NCBI GenBank assembly: GCA_031427625.1
Contig: JANPNV010000119.1
Coordinates: 907-64,906 of the forward strand
Origin: Bacteroidota bacterium
GTDB lineage: Bacteria > Bacteroidota > Bacteroidia > AKYH767-A > 2013-40CM-41-45
Length of the DNA: 64,000 nt
Direction: 5' to 3'
This document shows positions 29,334 to 39,978 of the stretch, in pieces. The stretch's first letter is position 1, and every line of letters starts with the position of its first letter. The notes beneath the pieces were generated by a model. The model ran no database searches and was not told the origin of the DNA. It saw only the letters and a program-made list of their open reading frames with translations. The translations under genes and the position numbers were made by a program.

Positions 29334-29978
29334 TTATCGGCTACCGAAAATTGCTGATCCGATTCTGACCATTGTACTTCCTTCAGCTAAGGCTATTTTG
29401 TAATCTCCTGTCATTCCCATCGACAGAATGGAAAAATTATCTGTCATGAAATTTTCGAAAAGTTTTCGAAGTGTTTTATATTCTTTTTTGATTTTACTTT
29501 CGTCGTCACTTAAACTTGCCATTCCCATCAGTCCTTTTACAGAGATATTTTTTAACTGATTAATTTCTCCTCCATCTACTAATTTAAAAACTTCATCAGA
29601 GGCAAATCCGAATTTCGTTTCTTCTTCCGCAATATGAACCTGAAGCAAGCAACTTTGAATACGGTTTTGTTTTTCAGCTTCCTGATTAATTTGTTTTAAC
29701 AATTTAATACTGTCAATGCTGTGTATCAAGTTACAAATACCGGAAATCTGTTTTACCTTATTTGTTTGCAAGTGCCCGATAAAATGCCATTCGGCATTCT
29801 TAATTTCATTTTGTTTCTCGATCAGTTCATGAACATAGTTTTCGCCAAAGATAAGCTGACCATGATTCATCAGTTCAAGAATGTCATCAATAGGTTTTGT
29901 CTTGCTCACTGCCACAAGCGATGCATGATATGGTATTAACTCCCTTAAAATGGTTTGATAATTATCGATTAGAATCAC
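29334..29978 (-). CDS. YggS-family pyridoxal-phosphate homeostasis protein
   Basis: 214 aa with LVAVSKTKP (PLP lysine), a WHFIGHLQTNK block, and the SMGM..D and VRIGSAIFG motifs. Confidence 0.85.
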   Translation of the reverse strand: MILIDNYQTILRELIPYHASLVAVSKTKPIDDILELMNHGQLIFGENYVHELIEKQNEIKNAEWHFIGHLQTNKVKQISGICNLIHSIDSIKLLKQINQEAEKQNRIQSCLLQVHIAEEETKFGFASDEVFKLVDGGEINQLKNISVKGLMGMASLSDDESKIKKEYKTLRKLFENFMTDNFSILSMGMTGDYKIALAEGSTMVRIGSAIFGSR

Positions 29979-30018
29979 GAGGGATGCCTGAGTGTGTGGA
30001 TTATTTTAAACTGATTTT

Positions 30019-31263
30019 TTAATCGAGAGAATGTAGTACAAGTCCGCTGCGTAGCTTTGGCTCAAACCAGGTCACTTTAGGAGGCATTATTTTACCGGTG
30101 TCTGCAATGTCGATGAGTTGTTTCATAGTTACGGGATGCATGGAAAATGCTGCCTTCATATCACCACTGTCAACTCTTCTTTCCAGTTCTTTAAGTCCTC
30201 TTAAGCCGCCTACAAATTCAATTCTCTTGTCAGTCCGTAAATCGATAATATTCAGAATCGGTTCTAGAATTTGTTTCGAAAGAATGGTTACATCTAAAAC
30301 ACCTATGGGGTCGTTGTCATCAAATGTTCCTTTTTTAGATTTTAGCTCATACCATTGTCCGTCGAGATACATACCGAATTCGTGAAGTGCTGTCGGACGA
30401 AAGGGTGTTTTCCCTTTGGGTTCTATATCGAAACGTTCTTTAATTTTCAGATAAAACTGCTCGACTGATAATCCATTAAGATCTTTAACTACTCTGTTGT
30501 AATCCATAATAGAAAGTTGATTATCGGGGAAATGAACAGCGAGGAAAAAATTATATTCTTCTTTTCCTGTATGTGCTGGATTTTTTTCTCTTAATTCTTT
30601 TCCTACTAAAGCTGCTGCAGCTGTGCGATGATGGCCATCAGCGACATATGTTGCAGGAAGTTTTCCGAACAGAGTAGTGATTTTTTGATTAGTCACAGCA
30701 TCTTTGCTGATCCAGAACGTATGTCCGATGCCATCGTCAGCGATGAAATCATATTCAGGATCAGCTTTTATTATTGATTGTACAACTAGGTCAAGTTCGG
30801 TCGATGCAGGATATGCAAAGAAGACGGGTTCGTAATTCAGGTGGCTGTATCGAATATGATTTTTCCGGTCTTCTTCTTTATCCGGACGCGTGAGTTCATG
30901 TTTTTTTATAACGTTGTTGAAATAGTCGTCGATCGATGCACAGCCCACAATTCCATATTGCCGGCGGTCGTTCATAGTCTGTGCATAGATGTAATAGTAT
31001 TCTTCCTTGTCCTGGGAAAAAACTCCATCATCGAACATCTTCTTGAAATTCGAGACGCCTTTTTTATACACTTCAGGTGAATAATGATCGAAGTCGTCAC
31101 TGAAATCAATTTCCGGTTTAACAACATGGTAAAACGAAAGATCGTTGCCTTTGCATTCCTCTCGGGCTTCTTTTTCATTCAACACATCATAGGGCTTGCT
31201 TGCTATTTGTTTTGCGTATTTTTTTTGTGGACGAATTCCTTTGAAGGGTTTTAAAATTGCCAT
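30019..31263 (-). CDS. DUF1015 domain-containing protein
   Basis: 414 aa with N-terminus MAILKPFKGIRP...PYDVL and ADGHHR motifs typical of DUF1015. Confidence 0.8.
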   Translation of the reverse strand: MAILKPFKGIRPQKKYAKQIASKPYDVLNEKEAREECKGNDLSFYHVVKPEIDFSDDFDHYSPEVYKKGVSNFKKMFDDGVFSQDKEEYYYIYAQTMNDRRQYGIVGCASIDDYFNNVIKKHELTRPDKEEDRKNHIRYSHLNYEPVFFAYPASTELDLVVQSIIKADPEYDFIADDGIGHTFWISKDAVTNQKITTLFGKLPATYVADGHHRTAAAALVGKELREKNPAHTGKEEYNFFLAVHFPDNQLSIMDYNRVVKDLNGLSVEQFYLKIKERFDIEPKGKTPFRPTALHEFGMYLDGQWYELKSKKGTFDDNDPIGVLDVTILSKQILEPILNIIDLRTDKRIEFVGGLRGLKELERRVDSGDMKAAFSMHPVTMKQLIDIADTGKIMPPKVTWFEPKLRSGLVLHSLD

Positions 31264-31346
31264 TTGTTAGTTATGTAATTCGGTTAGAATAAATTTGAAA
31301 TAGTAAACTGATTTAGTAAAACGATTGTATTCAATTAAACCATACA

Positions 31347-32414
31347 TCAGTCAAGTTTAAGGATATCTTCCATGGCATTGGTAAGTTCTATAAGATCGTC
31401 AATAGTCAGATCTCCCATGTGACCGATTCGGAATGTTTTATCTTTTAAAGTTCCATAACCATTTGATATGACCATATTTTTTTCTGCAAGATTTTTATTG
31501 AGCTCGGTCACATTTATTTTGCGTGTATTTTCTATGCAAGTTACTGTAAGGGACTCAAAACCGGGATGTGGATAAACTTTAAAAAAATGACTAGCCCAGT
31601 TAATCATGTATTCAGCCATTTCGATGTGCCTGATAAATCTTGCTTCGATGCCTTCCTTCGCTATTCTGTCGAGCTGAAAATCGAGTGCAAACATATGTGG
31701 CAGAGAAGGAGTGGATGAATATTGGAAATTTTTCTTGTCTACAAACTCGCATAATGTTAACAGATCAAGGTAGTATCCGCGATGACCTATTTTTTTTAAT
31801 TTTTCTTCCGCACGTTTAGAAACGGATGCCAGCGATAAACCAGGAGGCAAAGCAAGTGCTTTTTGTGATGAACTGATGCATACATCTATTCCAAGTCTGT
31901 CGACTTCAATTTTTACTCCACCCAGTGAACTTACCGCATCTACCATCCAGATAACTGAAGGATATTTACTGATCACATCGGCAATTGCATCGAGAGGTAT
32001 CATGACTCCAGTAGATGTTTCATTATGCGTAGTAGTCACTACGTCATATTTTCCAGTGCTCAGATATTTGTTAACTGTTTCAGGCAATGTTGGAAATCCT
32101 GATTCCTCCTCATGAAGATCAGCATCAATTCCATTGGCAATGGCTAGTTCATACCATCTTTTCCCAAAAGCGCCGGTAGAAAAAACGATCGCTTTTTTTC
32201 CTGTTAAAGAACGTATGGCGCCTTCCATTAATCCTGTTCCGGAAGATGTACTTAAAATAATTTTATTATCGGTAAACATCAGCTTTTGTAATTTTTCGCT
32301 GATACTTTTCTGAAGTGCAGATGCTTCTGGTGTACGGTGACCAATCATCGGTGTTGCCATTTTGGCGAGAACGTCAGGGTGAACGAAAGTAGGACCGGGG
32401 ATAAAGAGTTTCAT
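31347..32414 (-). CDS. Class V aminotransferase (alanine-glyoxylate / serine-pyruvate type)
   Basis: 355 aa with an IPGPT N-terminus, TTHNETSTG block and SSQKAL PLP lysine. Confidence 0.8.
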   Translation of the reverse strand: MKLFIPGPTFVHPDVLAKMATPMIGHRTPEASALQKSISEKLQKLMFTDNKIILSTSSGTGLMEGAIRSLTGKKAIVFSTGAFGKRWYELAIANGIDADLHEEESGFPTLPETVNKYLSTGKYDVVTTTHNETSTGVMIPLDAIADVISKYPSVIWMVDAVSSLGGVKIEVDRLGIDVCISSSQKALALPPGLSLASVSKRAEEKLKKIGHRGYYLDLLTLCEFVDKKNFQYSSTPSLPHMFALDFQLDRIAKEGIEARFIRHIEMAEYMINWASHFFKVYPHPGFESLTVTCIENTRKINVTELNKNLAEKNMVISNGYGTLKDKTFRIGHMGDLTIDDLIELTNAMEDILKLD

Positions 32415-32488
32415 CGTTGGCGATTTAAGGTGCGAAGCTATGAAAAGATTGAAAAACGACAGGTAGTAAATTAAACAGAAACATGAAA

Positions 32489-33316
32489 TTATTTCTGTGG
32501 TGGTTTCGGACGGTTTTCTGATGGGTTCAATTTGGATCCAACCTTTACATCACTATTTAATATCCATTTTCCCTTCTTAAGTTTGAAAGCATCATATGTT
32601 CCATCAGGTCCTGAGATTATTGATGAGTTGTTTTTATTTGAACCTGTATGATCGAAAACGATGCCGTTGTAATTATTATCATAATGAAGTGTCAACGTTA
32701 CCTGAGCGTTATACGAAAGTAGTATCCTGTTTTTAAAAACTGATCCAGTCTTGAACAATGGAAAACCAAATTTTGGTTTATCGCCATCGAAATAAAGAAT
32801 CTCAATAACTTTTTGGGTTATCTTTTCATCGTTGCCTTTCCAACCAAGAAGAGTGTAATAAATCTTGCCTGCACTTTTCACTAGTATCACATGATAATAA
32901 ATTGCTCCTAACCATTTTTTAGCTGATAGTTTTTCACTTTCAGGTTTAAGGATGACAGAGGTAGAGTCTGATAAACGTATTAGGGTATCTGATTTTTCTG
33001 AATGGATTTGTATGAACCCAAAATACTCGTATTTGTTACCGTCAAAATAGGGTAGCACCCAGCTGAAAATTCTGAATTTTTTATCATCAGAAGCAAGAAT
33101 AGATACATTCTTTAGTGAATCATAATTTGCATTGAATGATCCAGGTTGCATCAGCAGATTCTGAAGTCCGGTGATAAACTTTCCATTAGAAGCTATTCGT
33201 ACGGAATCGTTTTCTCCACGTTGTATTTCTTTAACAAGCATGGATAGCGAGTCAATCGTCTGTGCCGATGAAGCAGTGGAAAGAAAAAGCAAAACGATTA
33301 TTAACTTAATCATCAT
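32489..33316 (-). CDS. Secreted hypothetical protein
   Basis: 275 aa with signal peptide MMIKLIIVLLFLSTASSAQ. It is beta-rich and matches no family I recognise. Confidence 0.6.
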   Translation of the reverse strand: MMIKLIIVLLFLSTASSAQTIDSLSMLVKEIQRGENDSVRIASNGKFITGLQNLLMQPGSFNANYDSLKNVSILASDDKKFRIFSWVLPYFDGNKYEYFGFIQIHSEKSDTLIRLSDSTSVILKPESEKLSAKKWLGAIYYHVILVKSAGKIYYTLLGWKGNDEKITQKVIEILYFDGDKPKFGFPLFKTGSVFKNRILLSYNAQVTLTLHYDNNYNGIVFDHTGSNKNNSSIISGPDGTYDAFKLKKGKWILNSDVKVGSKLNPSENRPKPPQK

Positions 33317-33354
33317 GTAGAAATTAATGCCGATAATTTATTTTGGATAATCGG

Positions 33355-33393
33355 GTTAAAAAAAAGCCGCAATACAACAACGTAATGCGGCTT
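33355..33393 (-). terminator. Rho-independent terminator after ferredoxin gene
   Basis: On the minus strand, AAGCCGCA-N14-TGCGGCTT is followed by TTTTTTTT. Confidence 0.7.
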
Positions 33394-33413
33394 CCATATA
33401 TTATTGTGACTTG

Positions 33414-33764
33414 TTATGCAGCATGCATTTTTTCTTTCTTCTCCAACAACGCTTCTTTCGATTCGCGGAAGTTAGGATCATCTACGCAGCAGTCGACCGG
33501 ACAAACAGAGGCACACTGTGGCTCATCATGAAATCCGACACATTCTGTACATTTATCGGTAACGATGTAATAGATATCCATAGAAACAGGTGTTTGTGGA
33601 GTGTTAGCATCAACTTCACTGCCATCCATCCGTTTAAACATACCTTTAACGCTTGTTCCGTCAGAGAATCGCCATTCGGCGCCGCCTTCATAAATTGCAT
33701 TGTTCGGGCATTCAGGCTCACAGGCACCACAATTGATGCATTCGTCAGTTATTATAATAGCCAT
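33414..33764 (-). CDS. 4Fe-4S dicluster ferredoxin
   Basis: 116 aa with CINCGACEPECP and CTEC...CASVCP cysteine clusters. Confidence 0.9.
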   Translation of the reverse strand: MAIIITDECINCGACEPECPNNAIYEGGAEWRFSDGTSVKGMFKRMDGSEVDANTPQTPVSMDIYYIVTDKCTECVGFHDEPQCASVCPVDCCVDDPNFRESKEALLEKKEKMHAA

Positions 33765-33797
33765 AACGGTTCCTTTTTTACTTTTGGGGTTTCACGG

Positions 33798-33805
33798 CAA
33801 ATTTA
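33798..33805 (-). promoter_or_regulatory. Putative -7 box (TAAATTTG on minus strand) for ferredoxin gene
   Basis: Plus strand CAAATTTA lies 34 nt upstream of the ATG. Confidence 0.4.
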
Positions 33806-33846
33806 AAGAGAAAAAGTACAAATCCTAACATAGAATAAGGTAATTG

Positions 33847-34911
33847 ATGATAGATATTGAAAAACGAATAAATGTATTGATAACCCTTGGTGGGGTTTTG
33901 AATGAGATTTCTGACAAGCTATCGCTTTCTGCTGATACTGAATTCAGTAAAGTAATCGATCGTGCCGGCAACGAAAATCAATGGTTCACCAAGCAGAGTA
34001 TTCTCAAAGCCTTAAAGAACTGGTCTTTCGTTTTGAGTTCTGAGGAAGTGAATCGCTGGGCAGAACTTTACAAATCGGGCTTGCAGCAAAATAAGAGTGC
34101 AAAAAATGTCGCTGTTATTAATGCAGGAAATATACCTTTTGTAGGTTTGCATGACATGCTTTCCGTATTTCTTTCTGGTCATAAGTATATAGGGAAAAAT
34201 GCCACAGGCGATGATGTTCTTTTACCTTATGTAGCTTCTTTGTTGAAGGCAATTGAGCCTGGTATAAATGAGTCCATTCATTTTGTTCCTAAACTGGAAA
34301 AAATGGATGCCGTCATCGCAACAGGAAGCAATAACTCTTCCAGGTATTTTGAATACTATTTTGGAAAATACCCGAACATTATCCGAAAGAATATGAATGG
34401 TGTAGCTGTTCTTGACGGCAATGAAACTTCGGAAGAATTAAAAAATCTGGGAGAGGATATCTTTAGTTACTTCGGACTTGGATGCAGAAATGTTTCGAAA
34501 TTATATGTGCCTGAAAAGTATAATTTCAATAACTTTTTTGAATCGATGTATGGTTTTAATGAAGTGATGAATCATAATAAGTACATGAACAACTTCGATT
34601 ACAATAATTCTGTATTTCTTTTAAAACAGTTTCCGTTTTTGCAGAATGGCTTTTTGATTATAAGAGAGGAGAAGAATATTCCTTCGCCGATATCTGTATT
34701 GCATTATGAGACATATAGCGATATCAATACACTGATCGAAACATTGTCAGTCTCTGAAGACAAGCTTCAATGTATTACAGTAAAAAAAGAGTCTGGTGTT
34801 TTGAATGATAAATTAAATAACCTTACTATAGAATTTGGTATGTCTCAGTTGCCGTCATTAACTGATTATGCTGATAGGGCAGACACGATGCAATTTCTGA
34901 TAGGCCTATAG
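33847..34911 (+). CDS. Acyl-CoA reductase (LuxC-like) family protein
   Basis: About 354 aa. It lies divergent from the ferredoxin gene, as in many Bacteroidota, and the overall pattern resembles LuxC-type reductases. The first ATG is at 33847 (the ORF track begins at TTG 33844). Confidence 0.55.
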   Translation: MIDIEKRINVLITLGGVLNEISDKLSLSADTEFSKVIDRAGNENQWFTKQSILKALKNWSFVLSSEEVNRWAELYKSGLQQNKSAKNVAVINAGNIPFVGLHDMLSVFLSGHKYIGKNATGDDVLLPYVASLLKAIEPGINESIHFVPKLEKMDAVIATGSNNSSRYFEYYFGKYPNIIRKNMNGVAVLDGNETSEELKNLGEDIFSYFGLGCRNVSKLYVPEKYNFNNFFESMYGFNEVMNHNKYMNNFDYNNSVFLLKQFPFLQNGFLIIREEKNIPSPISVLHYETYSDINTLIETLSVSEDKLQCITVKKESGVLNDKLNNLTIEFGMSQLPSLTDYADRADTMQFLIGL

Positions 34912-34933
34912 GTTACTAACTAAATTTTTCTGC

Positions 34934-36100
34934 TTAATAATCGAGTCCTTTAATTGTATGAAATAATCTACTCCAGCGGATTTTGTTTAGAAACGTTCCG
35001 TTTGTATCCCAGCTCATCCAGATAAACACAGCTTTTCCTACTATGTGGTCTTCCGGAACAAATCCCCAAAAGCGTGAGTCGGCAGAGTTATGTCTGTTGT
35101 CGCCCATCATAAAATAATAATCATACTTAAAAGTATATTCTGTGGCAATGGTATTATTGATGATGATTTTTCCATCACGTTCTTCAAGGTTGTTTCCTTC
35201 ATATTCGCCGATAACTTTTCTGTACAATGAAATATTAGAAGTATCGATTTTCATTGTCGCACCTTTCTTTGGAATCCAAATAGGGCCAAAATTGTCGACG
35301 TTCCACGAATATTTTGTATCGAAAGGAAAAATAAAATCCTGATAATGTCCTTTGGGAACAATATTCGCTTCTACTATTTTTACGTTGCCAAATGATTTTA
35401 ATGCTTCAGCATTTTGTTTTGTGAGATGAAGATTGTATTCATAAGGAGAAATCTGATCCTCGCGTGCCTGAATTCCCATTTTTAACATGGCTTGTTCGCT
35501 AAATCCTGTTCCATCTGTCATTACATGGTAGGATGATTGGGAAAATTCCGGAAGGGGAATATGAGTGTTGTTAATGTATACATCTCTGTCGCGCAGTTCA
35601 AGTGTATCACCGGCAGTACCGATGCATCGTTTGATGTAGTTTTCTTTTTTATCAATTGGACGACCTTCGTTTTCGGCGGGCCAGTTGAATACAACACAAT
35701 CGCCGTGTTTTAGTTGGCCAAATCCGGGTAAGCGGTGATAGCCGACTTTTATCCATTCAAGATAAGATTTGCCGCCAATAAGTGGCATGGTATGATGTGC
35801 GAATGGAAATGAAAGGGGAGTCATTGGAATCCTTGCTCCGTAGCTAACCTTGCTGACGAAAAGAAAGTCGCCGATAAGCAGAGACTTTTCCATGGAACCT
35901 GTAGGAATAGTGTAAGCCTCAATAAAAAATGTGCGGATAATTGTTGCAGCAATTACGGCGAAGATTATTGCATCTGCCCATTCGCGTATGACAGATTTTC
36001 TCTGGCCTGGTTTAGGTTTCAAAAGGAACCACACCCCGATGGTGAAAATTCCGAAAATAATATCCTTAATTAGATCCCAGTTTATTCTGAATTTTGCCAT
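34934..36100 (-). CDS. lepB: Signal peptidase I
   Basis: 388 aa with a TM anchor, GSMEKSL (Ser), KRCIG (Lys) and GDNRHNSADSR boxes. Confidence 0.9.
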   Translation of the reverse strand: MAKFRINWDLIKDIIFGIFTIGVWFLLKPKPGQRKSVIREWADAIIFAVIAATIIRTFFIEAYTIPTGSMEKSLLIGDFLFVSKVSYGARIPMTPLSFPFAHHTMPLIGGKSYLEWIKVGYHRLPGFGQLKHGDCVVFNWPAENEGRPIDKKENYIKRCIGTAGDTLELRDRDVYINNTHIPLPEFSQSSYHVMTDGTGFSEQAMLKMGIQAREDQISPYEYNLHLTKQNAEALKSFGNVKIVEANIVPKGHYQDFIFPFDTKYSWNVDNFGPIWIPKKGATMKIDTSNISLYRKVIGEYEGNNLEERDGKIIINNTIATEYTFKYDYYFMMGDNRHNSADSRFWGFVPEDHIVGKAVFIWMSWDTNGTFLNKIRWSRLFHTIKGLDY

Positions 36101-36177
36101 TTGAGTTTAATATGATAAGGTGCTAAAGTAAGTACGCATATATTCTGTATTGGTTAAGACGATGTTAATTATAAACA

Positions 36178-36921
36178 TCAGAACTTTAATAAATCTTTCA
36201 TTCCAAAGACGCCTTTTTTGTCTTTGACCCATTCGCCGGCTAATAATGCTCCTAATGCGAAGCCTTCTCTGTTTAATGCTTTATGAATAATTTCGATTTC
36301 ATCGGAGTCAGAAAAATATTTTACGATGTGAGTGCCGGGAATATCGTCTTCCCGGGTTGAAAAAATCGGTAGTTCGCCTTCGGTATCAATTCCGAGATTT
36401 ACATTTTCATCTGCTTTGTAATTTACCCATTGACTAAGTCTTTCGATTCGGCTGATCAGTTGATTGGCAATAGTGATTGCCGTGCCGCTGGGAGAGTCAA
36501 GTTTTCCTGAATGATGTGACTCATGAATCAATACTTCATCGTACTGTGTTTGAGAATTCATGAGGCCTGCAAGGGCGTTATTAATTTCAAAAAAAAGATT
36601 TACTCCAATGCTGAAGTTAGTTGAATAGAAAAATGTTTTATTATTAGCGATGCAATATTTTTCAGCTTCATTCAATTTGCTTTGCCATCCTGTTGTACCG
36701 CAAACCACGGGTACGTTTGCTTCGAAGCACATCATCACATTTCGATAGGCGCTTTCAGGAGTAGTGAATTCGAATGCAATGTCTGCTAGTGAAATATCAT
36801 CAGTCTTAACATCATTGATATTTTTATCATCGATTTTAAGAATTACTTCATGGCCTTTCTTCATAGCAATTTTATCGATTACATTGCCCATGTTGCCATA
36901 ACCTATCAGCGCTATTTTCAT
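36178..36921 (-). CDS. dapB: 4-hydroxy-tetrahydrodipicolinate reductase
   Basis: 247 aa with MKIALIGYGNMG and ESHHSGKLDSPSGTA signature. Confidence 0.9.
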   Translation of the reverse strand: MKIALIGYGNMGNVIDKIAMKKGHEVILKIDDKNINDVKTDDISLADIAFEFTTPESAYRNVMMCFEANVPVVCGTTGWQSKLNEAEKYCIANNKTFFYSTNFSIGVNLFFEINNALAGLMNSQTQYDEVLIHESHHSGKLDSPSGTAITIANQLISRIERLSQWVNYKADENVNLGIDTEGELPIFSTREDDIPGTHIVKYFSDSDEIEIIHKALNREGFALGALLAGEWVKDKKGVFGMKDLLKF

Positions 36922-36927
36922 ATATGA

Positions 36928-37491
36928 TTATTTAAAATTGATAGTAAATAAAAGTGAAGGAACCGATTTTCCGTTTGCAAGATAGTTAATCGTTCCACCT
37001 GTGCGAATACTTAAATTATCGCTTACATCGAAATTCAATAACTGTGAATCCACATAGGCATCGATGATGTTTAAAGTGTAAAGTACTCCGGCAAAGACAT
37101 AACTCAGATCCCGGTTACGACGGTAATAATCTTTTCTGACTGTAAGGTCTTCATTGGTAAATCTGGGATAATCATCAATAGTGAGCGGGTCATTATCATT
37201 TCTGTAAACAAGAGCTGTTTTGAATTTTTTGTATTCAGTATTATTAGACTTGATAAAATAAATAAGTACACCTGCTCCACCATATATTAAGGGAAGTTTC
37301 CAGTATTTCTTATTTACTATTTGTCCAGATCCGGGTACAATGGCCGAATAAAGTGCAGCACGATTCGCTCTTTTATTAGAAGAATGTGTTAATGAGTCTT
37401 TGTTTTCGCTAACAGTGTTTTGCGCAATAACAGATCCTGAAAGGACCGATAAAAAAAAGGACAGGTAAATTATTTTCCCCGAAATCGTCAT
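36928..37491 (-). CDS. DUF5683 domain-containing protein
   Basis: 187 aa with a signal peptide and VPGSGQIVNKKYWKLPLIYGG motif. The conserved position between parB and dapB supports the call. Confidence 0.65.
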   Translation of the reverse strand: MTISGKIIYLSFFLSVLSGSVIAQNTVSENKDSLTHSSNKRANRAALYSAIVPGSGQIVNKKYWKLPLIYGGAGVLIYFIKSNNTEYKKFKTALVYRNDNDPLTIDDYPRFTNEDLTVRKDYYRRNRDLSYVFAGVLYTLNIIDAYVDSQLLNFDVSDNLSIRTGGTINYLANGKSVPSLLFTINFK

Positions 37492-37506
37492 GCGTAAAAT
37501 AGCAAC

Positions 37507-38397
37507 TCAATAATTGAGTAATTCGAGCACCCTATTCAGATCTTCATCATTTCGGAAGGGTATAATGATTTTCCCATTTCCTTTTCCGGCTCTCTGAAGT
37601 TTGATCTTAGTGCCGAAATGACTAGACAAAATATTTTGGATCTTATTGAATTCGTATGAAAGGTCGTCTGTTCCTGTTTTATTTTTATTCGATGTAGCAG
37701 ATTTACTTCCCGATTTTCTGGCGATATTTTCAGCTTCGCGGACGTTTAGCTGGCCATTAATTAAATCGTGAAAAATTTGCAATTGCATGGCAATATCATC
37801 GACGTTGATAATAGCTCTGGCATGTCCCATTGTAAGACTTCCGTTTCTGATAGCTGCCTGGATTTCGGGCGGCAATTTCAGGAGGCGTAGAAAGTTTGTA
37901 ATTGTGCTTCGGCCTTTTCCAACCCTTTCACTAAGTACTTCCTGGGTAAGCGAACATTCGTCGATCAATCGCTTATAGCTTAATGCGACTTCAAGCGGAT
38001 TAAGATTTTTTCTCTGAATATTTTCAACCAAAGCCATCTCCAGCATTCCCTGGTCGTTGGCAACTCGTATGTAGGCAGGTATTGAAGTGAGGCCGGCCAT
38101 TCCTGAAGCTTTAAATCTTCGTTCACCAGAGATAATTTGGTAGCGGTCGTAGCCTAATTTTCTTACTGTTATGGGTTGAATAATTCCCTGCTGCAATATT
38201 GAATCAGATAATTCCTTTAAAGCTTCAGGATCGAATTCTGTTCTAGGCTGAAAAGGATTAGGGTCAATTTGAGAAAGAGGAATCTGCGCGATTGATCCAA
38301 CCACACCATCGAATCCTGATTTTGAGGTAACGTCTGTATCGGCATTTTCGAGAAGTGCACTGAGGCCTTTCCCGAGGGCGCTTTTTTTAGTGCTCAT
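37507..38397 (-). CDS. parB: Chromosome partitioning protein ParB/Spo0J
   Basis: 296 aa with PFQPR, ISGERRFKAS and an HTH block. Confidence 0.92.
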   Translation of the reverse strand: MSTKKSALGKGLSALLENADTDVTSKSGFDGVVGSIAQIPLSQIDPNPFQPRTEFDPEALKELSDSILQQGIIQPITVRKLGYDRYQIISGERRFKASGMAGLTSIPAYIRVANDQGMLEMALVENIQRKNLNPLEVALSYKRLIDECSLTQEVLSERVGKGRSTITNFLRLLKLPPEIQAAIRNGSLTMGHARAIINVDDIAMQLQIFHDLINGQLNVREAENIARKSGSKSATSNKNKTGTDDLSYEFNKIQNILSSHFGTKIKLQRAGKGNGKIIIPFRNDEDLNRVLELLNY

Positions 38398-39202
38398 CAG
38401 TTACTGCAATTTTTTTATCCGCCTCTTTAATTTTAGTCAAATTGTTTTTCTGAAGAATTTCTCTCGCCAGGTTCAGGTAATTTACTGATCCTTTGCTGGT
38501 AGCATCATGCATAATTATCGTCTGCCCGAAGCTGGGAGCCTCGCCGAGTTTTGTATTTCTTTGAATGATGGTGTCGAATACCATTTGTTGAAAATGTGTT
38601 TTTACTTCTTCAACAACCTGATTGGATAAACGAAGACGGCTGTCGTACATCGTAAGTAGAATTCCTTCTATTTCGAGATTAGGATTAAGTCTGCTTTGAA
38701 CGATTTTTATTGTATTCAAAAGTTTTCCTAATCCTTCAAGCGCGAAGTATTCACATTGCACAGGAATTATTACAGAGTTAGCTGCAGTTAATGAATTAAT
38801 TGTTACAAGTCCGAGAGAAGGGGAGCAGTCGATGATAATAAAGTCGTATGAATCTTTTATTTTCTCAAGAACTTCACGCATTTTCTTTTCGCGGTTCGGA
38901 AGATGTATCATTTCAATTTCGGCACCGACAAGATCTATATGCGAGGGTAAAAGATATAAGTTCGGCGTTTCCGTTTTCATAATAATGTCAATCGGATTTG
39001 CCTCATTGATTATACACTCATAAATACTTGTTTTTATATTTCGAGGATCGAAACCTACACCCGATGTGGCATTTGCCTGCGGATCGCTGTCTATCAGCAA
39101 GGTTTTATATTCGAGAACGGCCAGACTGGCAGCCAGATTCATCGCTGTTGTTGTTTTCCCAACTCCGCCTTTCTGATTGGCTATTGCAATAATTTTTCCC
39201 AT
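38387..39202 (-). CDS. parA: Chromosome partitioning ATPase ParA/Soj
   Basis: 271 aa with deviant Walker A KGGVGKTT and IIIDCSPSLG. Confidence 0.92.
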   Translation of the reverse strand: MGKIIAIANQKGGVGKTTTAMNLAASLAVLEYKTLLIDSDPQANATSGVGFDPRNIKTSIYECIINEANPIDIIMKTETPNLYLLPSHIDLVGAEIEMIHLPNREKKMREVLEKIKDSYDFIIIDCSPSLGLVTINSLTAANSVIIPVQCEYFALEGLGKLLNTIKIVQSRLNPNLEIEGILLTMYDSRLRLSNQVVEEVKTHFQQMVFDTIIQRNTKLGEAPSFGQTIIMHDATSKGSVNYLNLAREILQKNNLTKIKEADKKIAVTDEH

Positions 39203-39212
39203 AATAATAAGT

Positions 39213-39893
39213 TTATATTTCTCTGCTTTCTCCTATTTGCATCAGCTGAAGATCTTTTCCAGATAATTCAAATTTATGTTTGGCCTCTTTGTGATCTATT
39301 TTAATCAGATCAAACGTATCGTAATGCATTCCGATAATTTTATCACATCGGATGAAGTCGGAAGCAATTACAGCATTGTCGATTCCCATCGTATAATTAT
39401 TTCCTAACGGAAGAAATGCAAAATTCATTCTCTTGTAATCACCGATTAGTTTCATGTCATTATGTAAAGCTGTATCTCCAGCATAATAGAAACTGCCTTG
39501 CGGAGCTTCGATTAAGAAGCCCATCGGATTACCGCCATATGTACCATCAGGCATGCTGCTAGAATGAATTGCCTGAACACATTTAACTTTTCCGAAGTCA
39601 AACATCCAATGTCCGCCGGTATTCATGGCATGAACATTTTTTACGCCGCGCTTTTGAAACCACGTCGCAATTTCAAAGTTTGCAATCACTGTGGCATTTG
39701 TTCTTTTTGCAATTTTTTCAAGATCAGCTATATGATCATCATGACCATGAGATGCCAGAATGTAATCAGCTTCAATTTTTTCTACATCGACTGAAGATGC
39801 TAATGGGTTTTCCGAAATAAATGGATCAAAAAGAAGTTTTTTGCCATTTACAATCACCTGAAAGCATGAATGGCCATAATAAGTAATCCGCAT
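39213..39893 (-). CDS. Metal-dependent hydrolase, metallo-beta-lactamase fold (UPF0173 family)
   Basis: 226 aa with MRITYYGHSCF and SHGHDDH motifs. Confidence 0.8.
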   Translation of the reverse strand: MRITYYGHSCFQVIVNGKKLLFDPFISENPLASSVDVEKIEADYILASHGHDDHIADLEKIAKRTNATVIANFEIATWFQKRGVKNVHAMNTGGHWMFDFGKVKCVQAIHSSSMPDGTYGGNPMGFLIEAPQGSFYYAGDTALHNDMKLIGDYKRMNFAFLPLGNNYTMGIDNAVIASDFIRCDKIIGMHYDTFDLIKIDHKEAKHKFELSGKDLQLMQIGESREI

Positions 39894-39909
39894 AATTCCT
39901 CACAAAATG

Positions 39910-39917
39910 CAAAAATA
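39910..39917 (-). promoter_or_regulatory. Putative -7 box (TATTTTTG on minus strand) for hydrolase-parA-parB operon
   Basis: Plus strand CAAAAATA lies 17 nt upstream of the ATG at 39893. Confidence 0.4.
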
Positions 39918-39978
39918 AGCTAATAATCAGCAGTAATACTGCTAAAGTTACGAACAAGGAATTAGGATTAATGCCTGA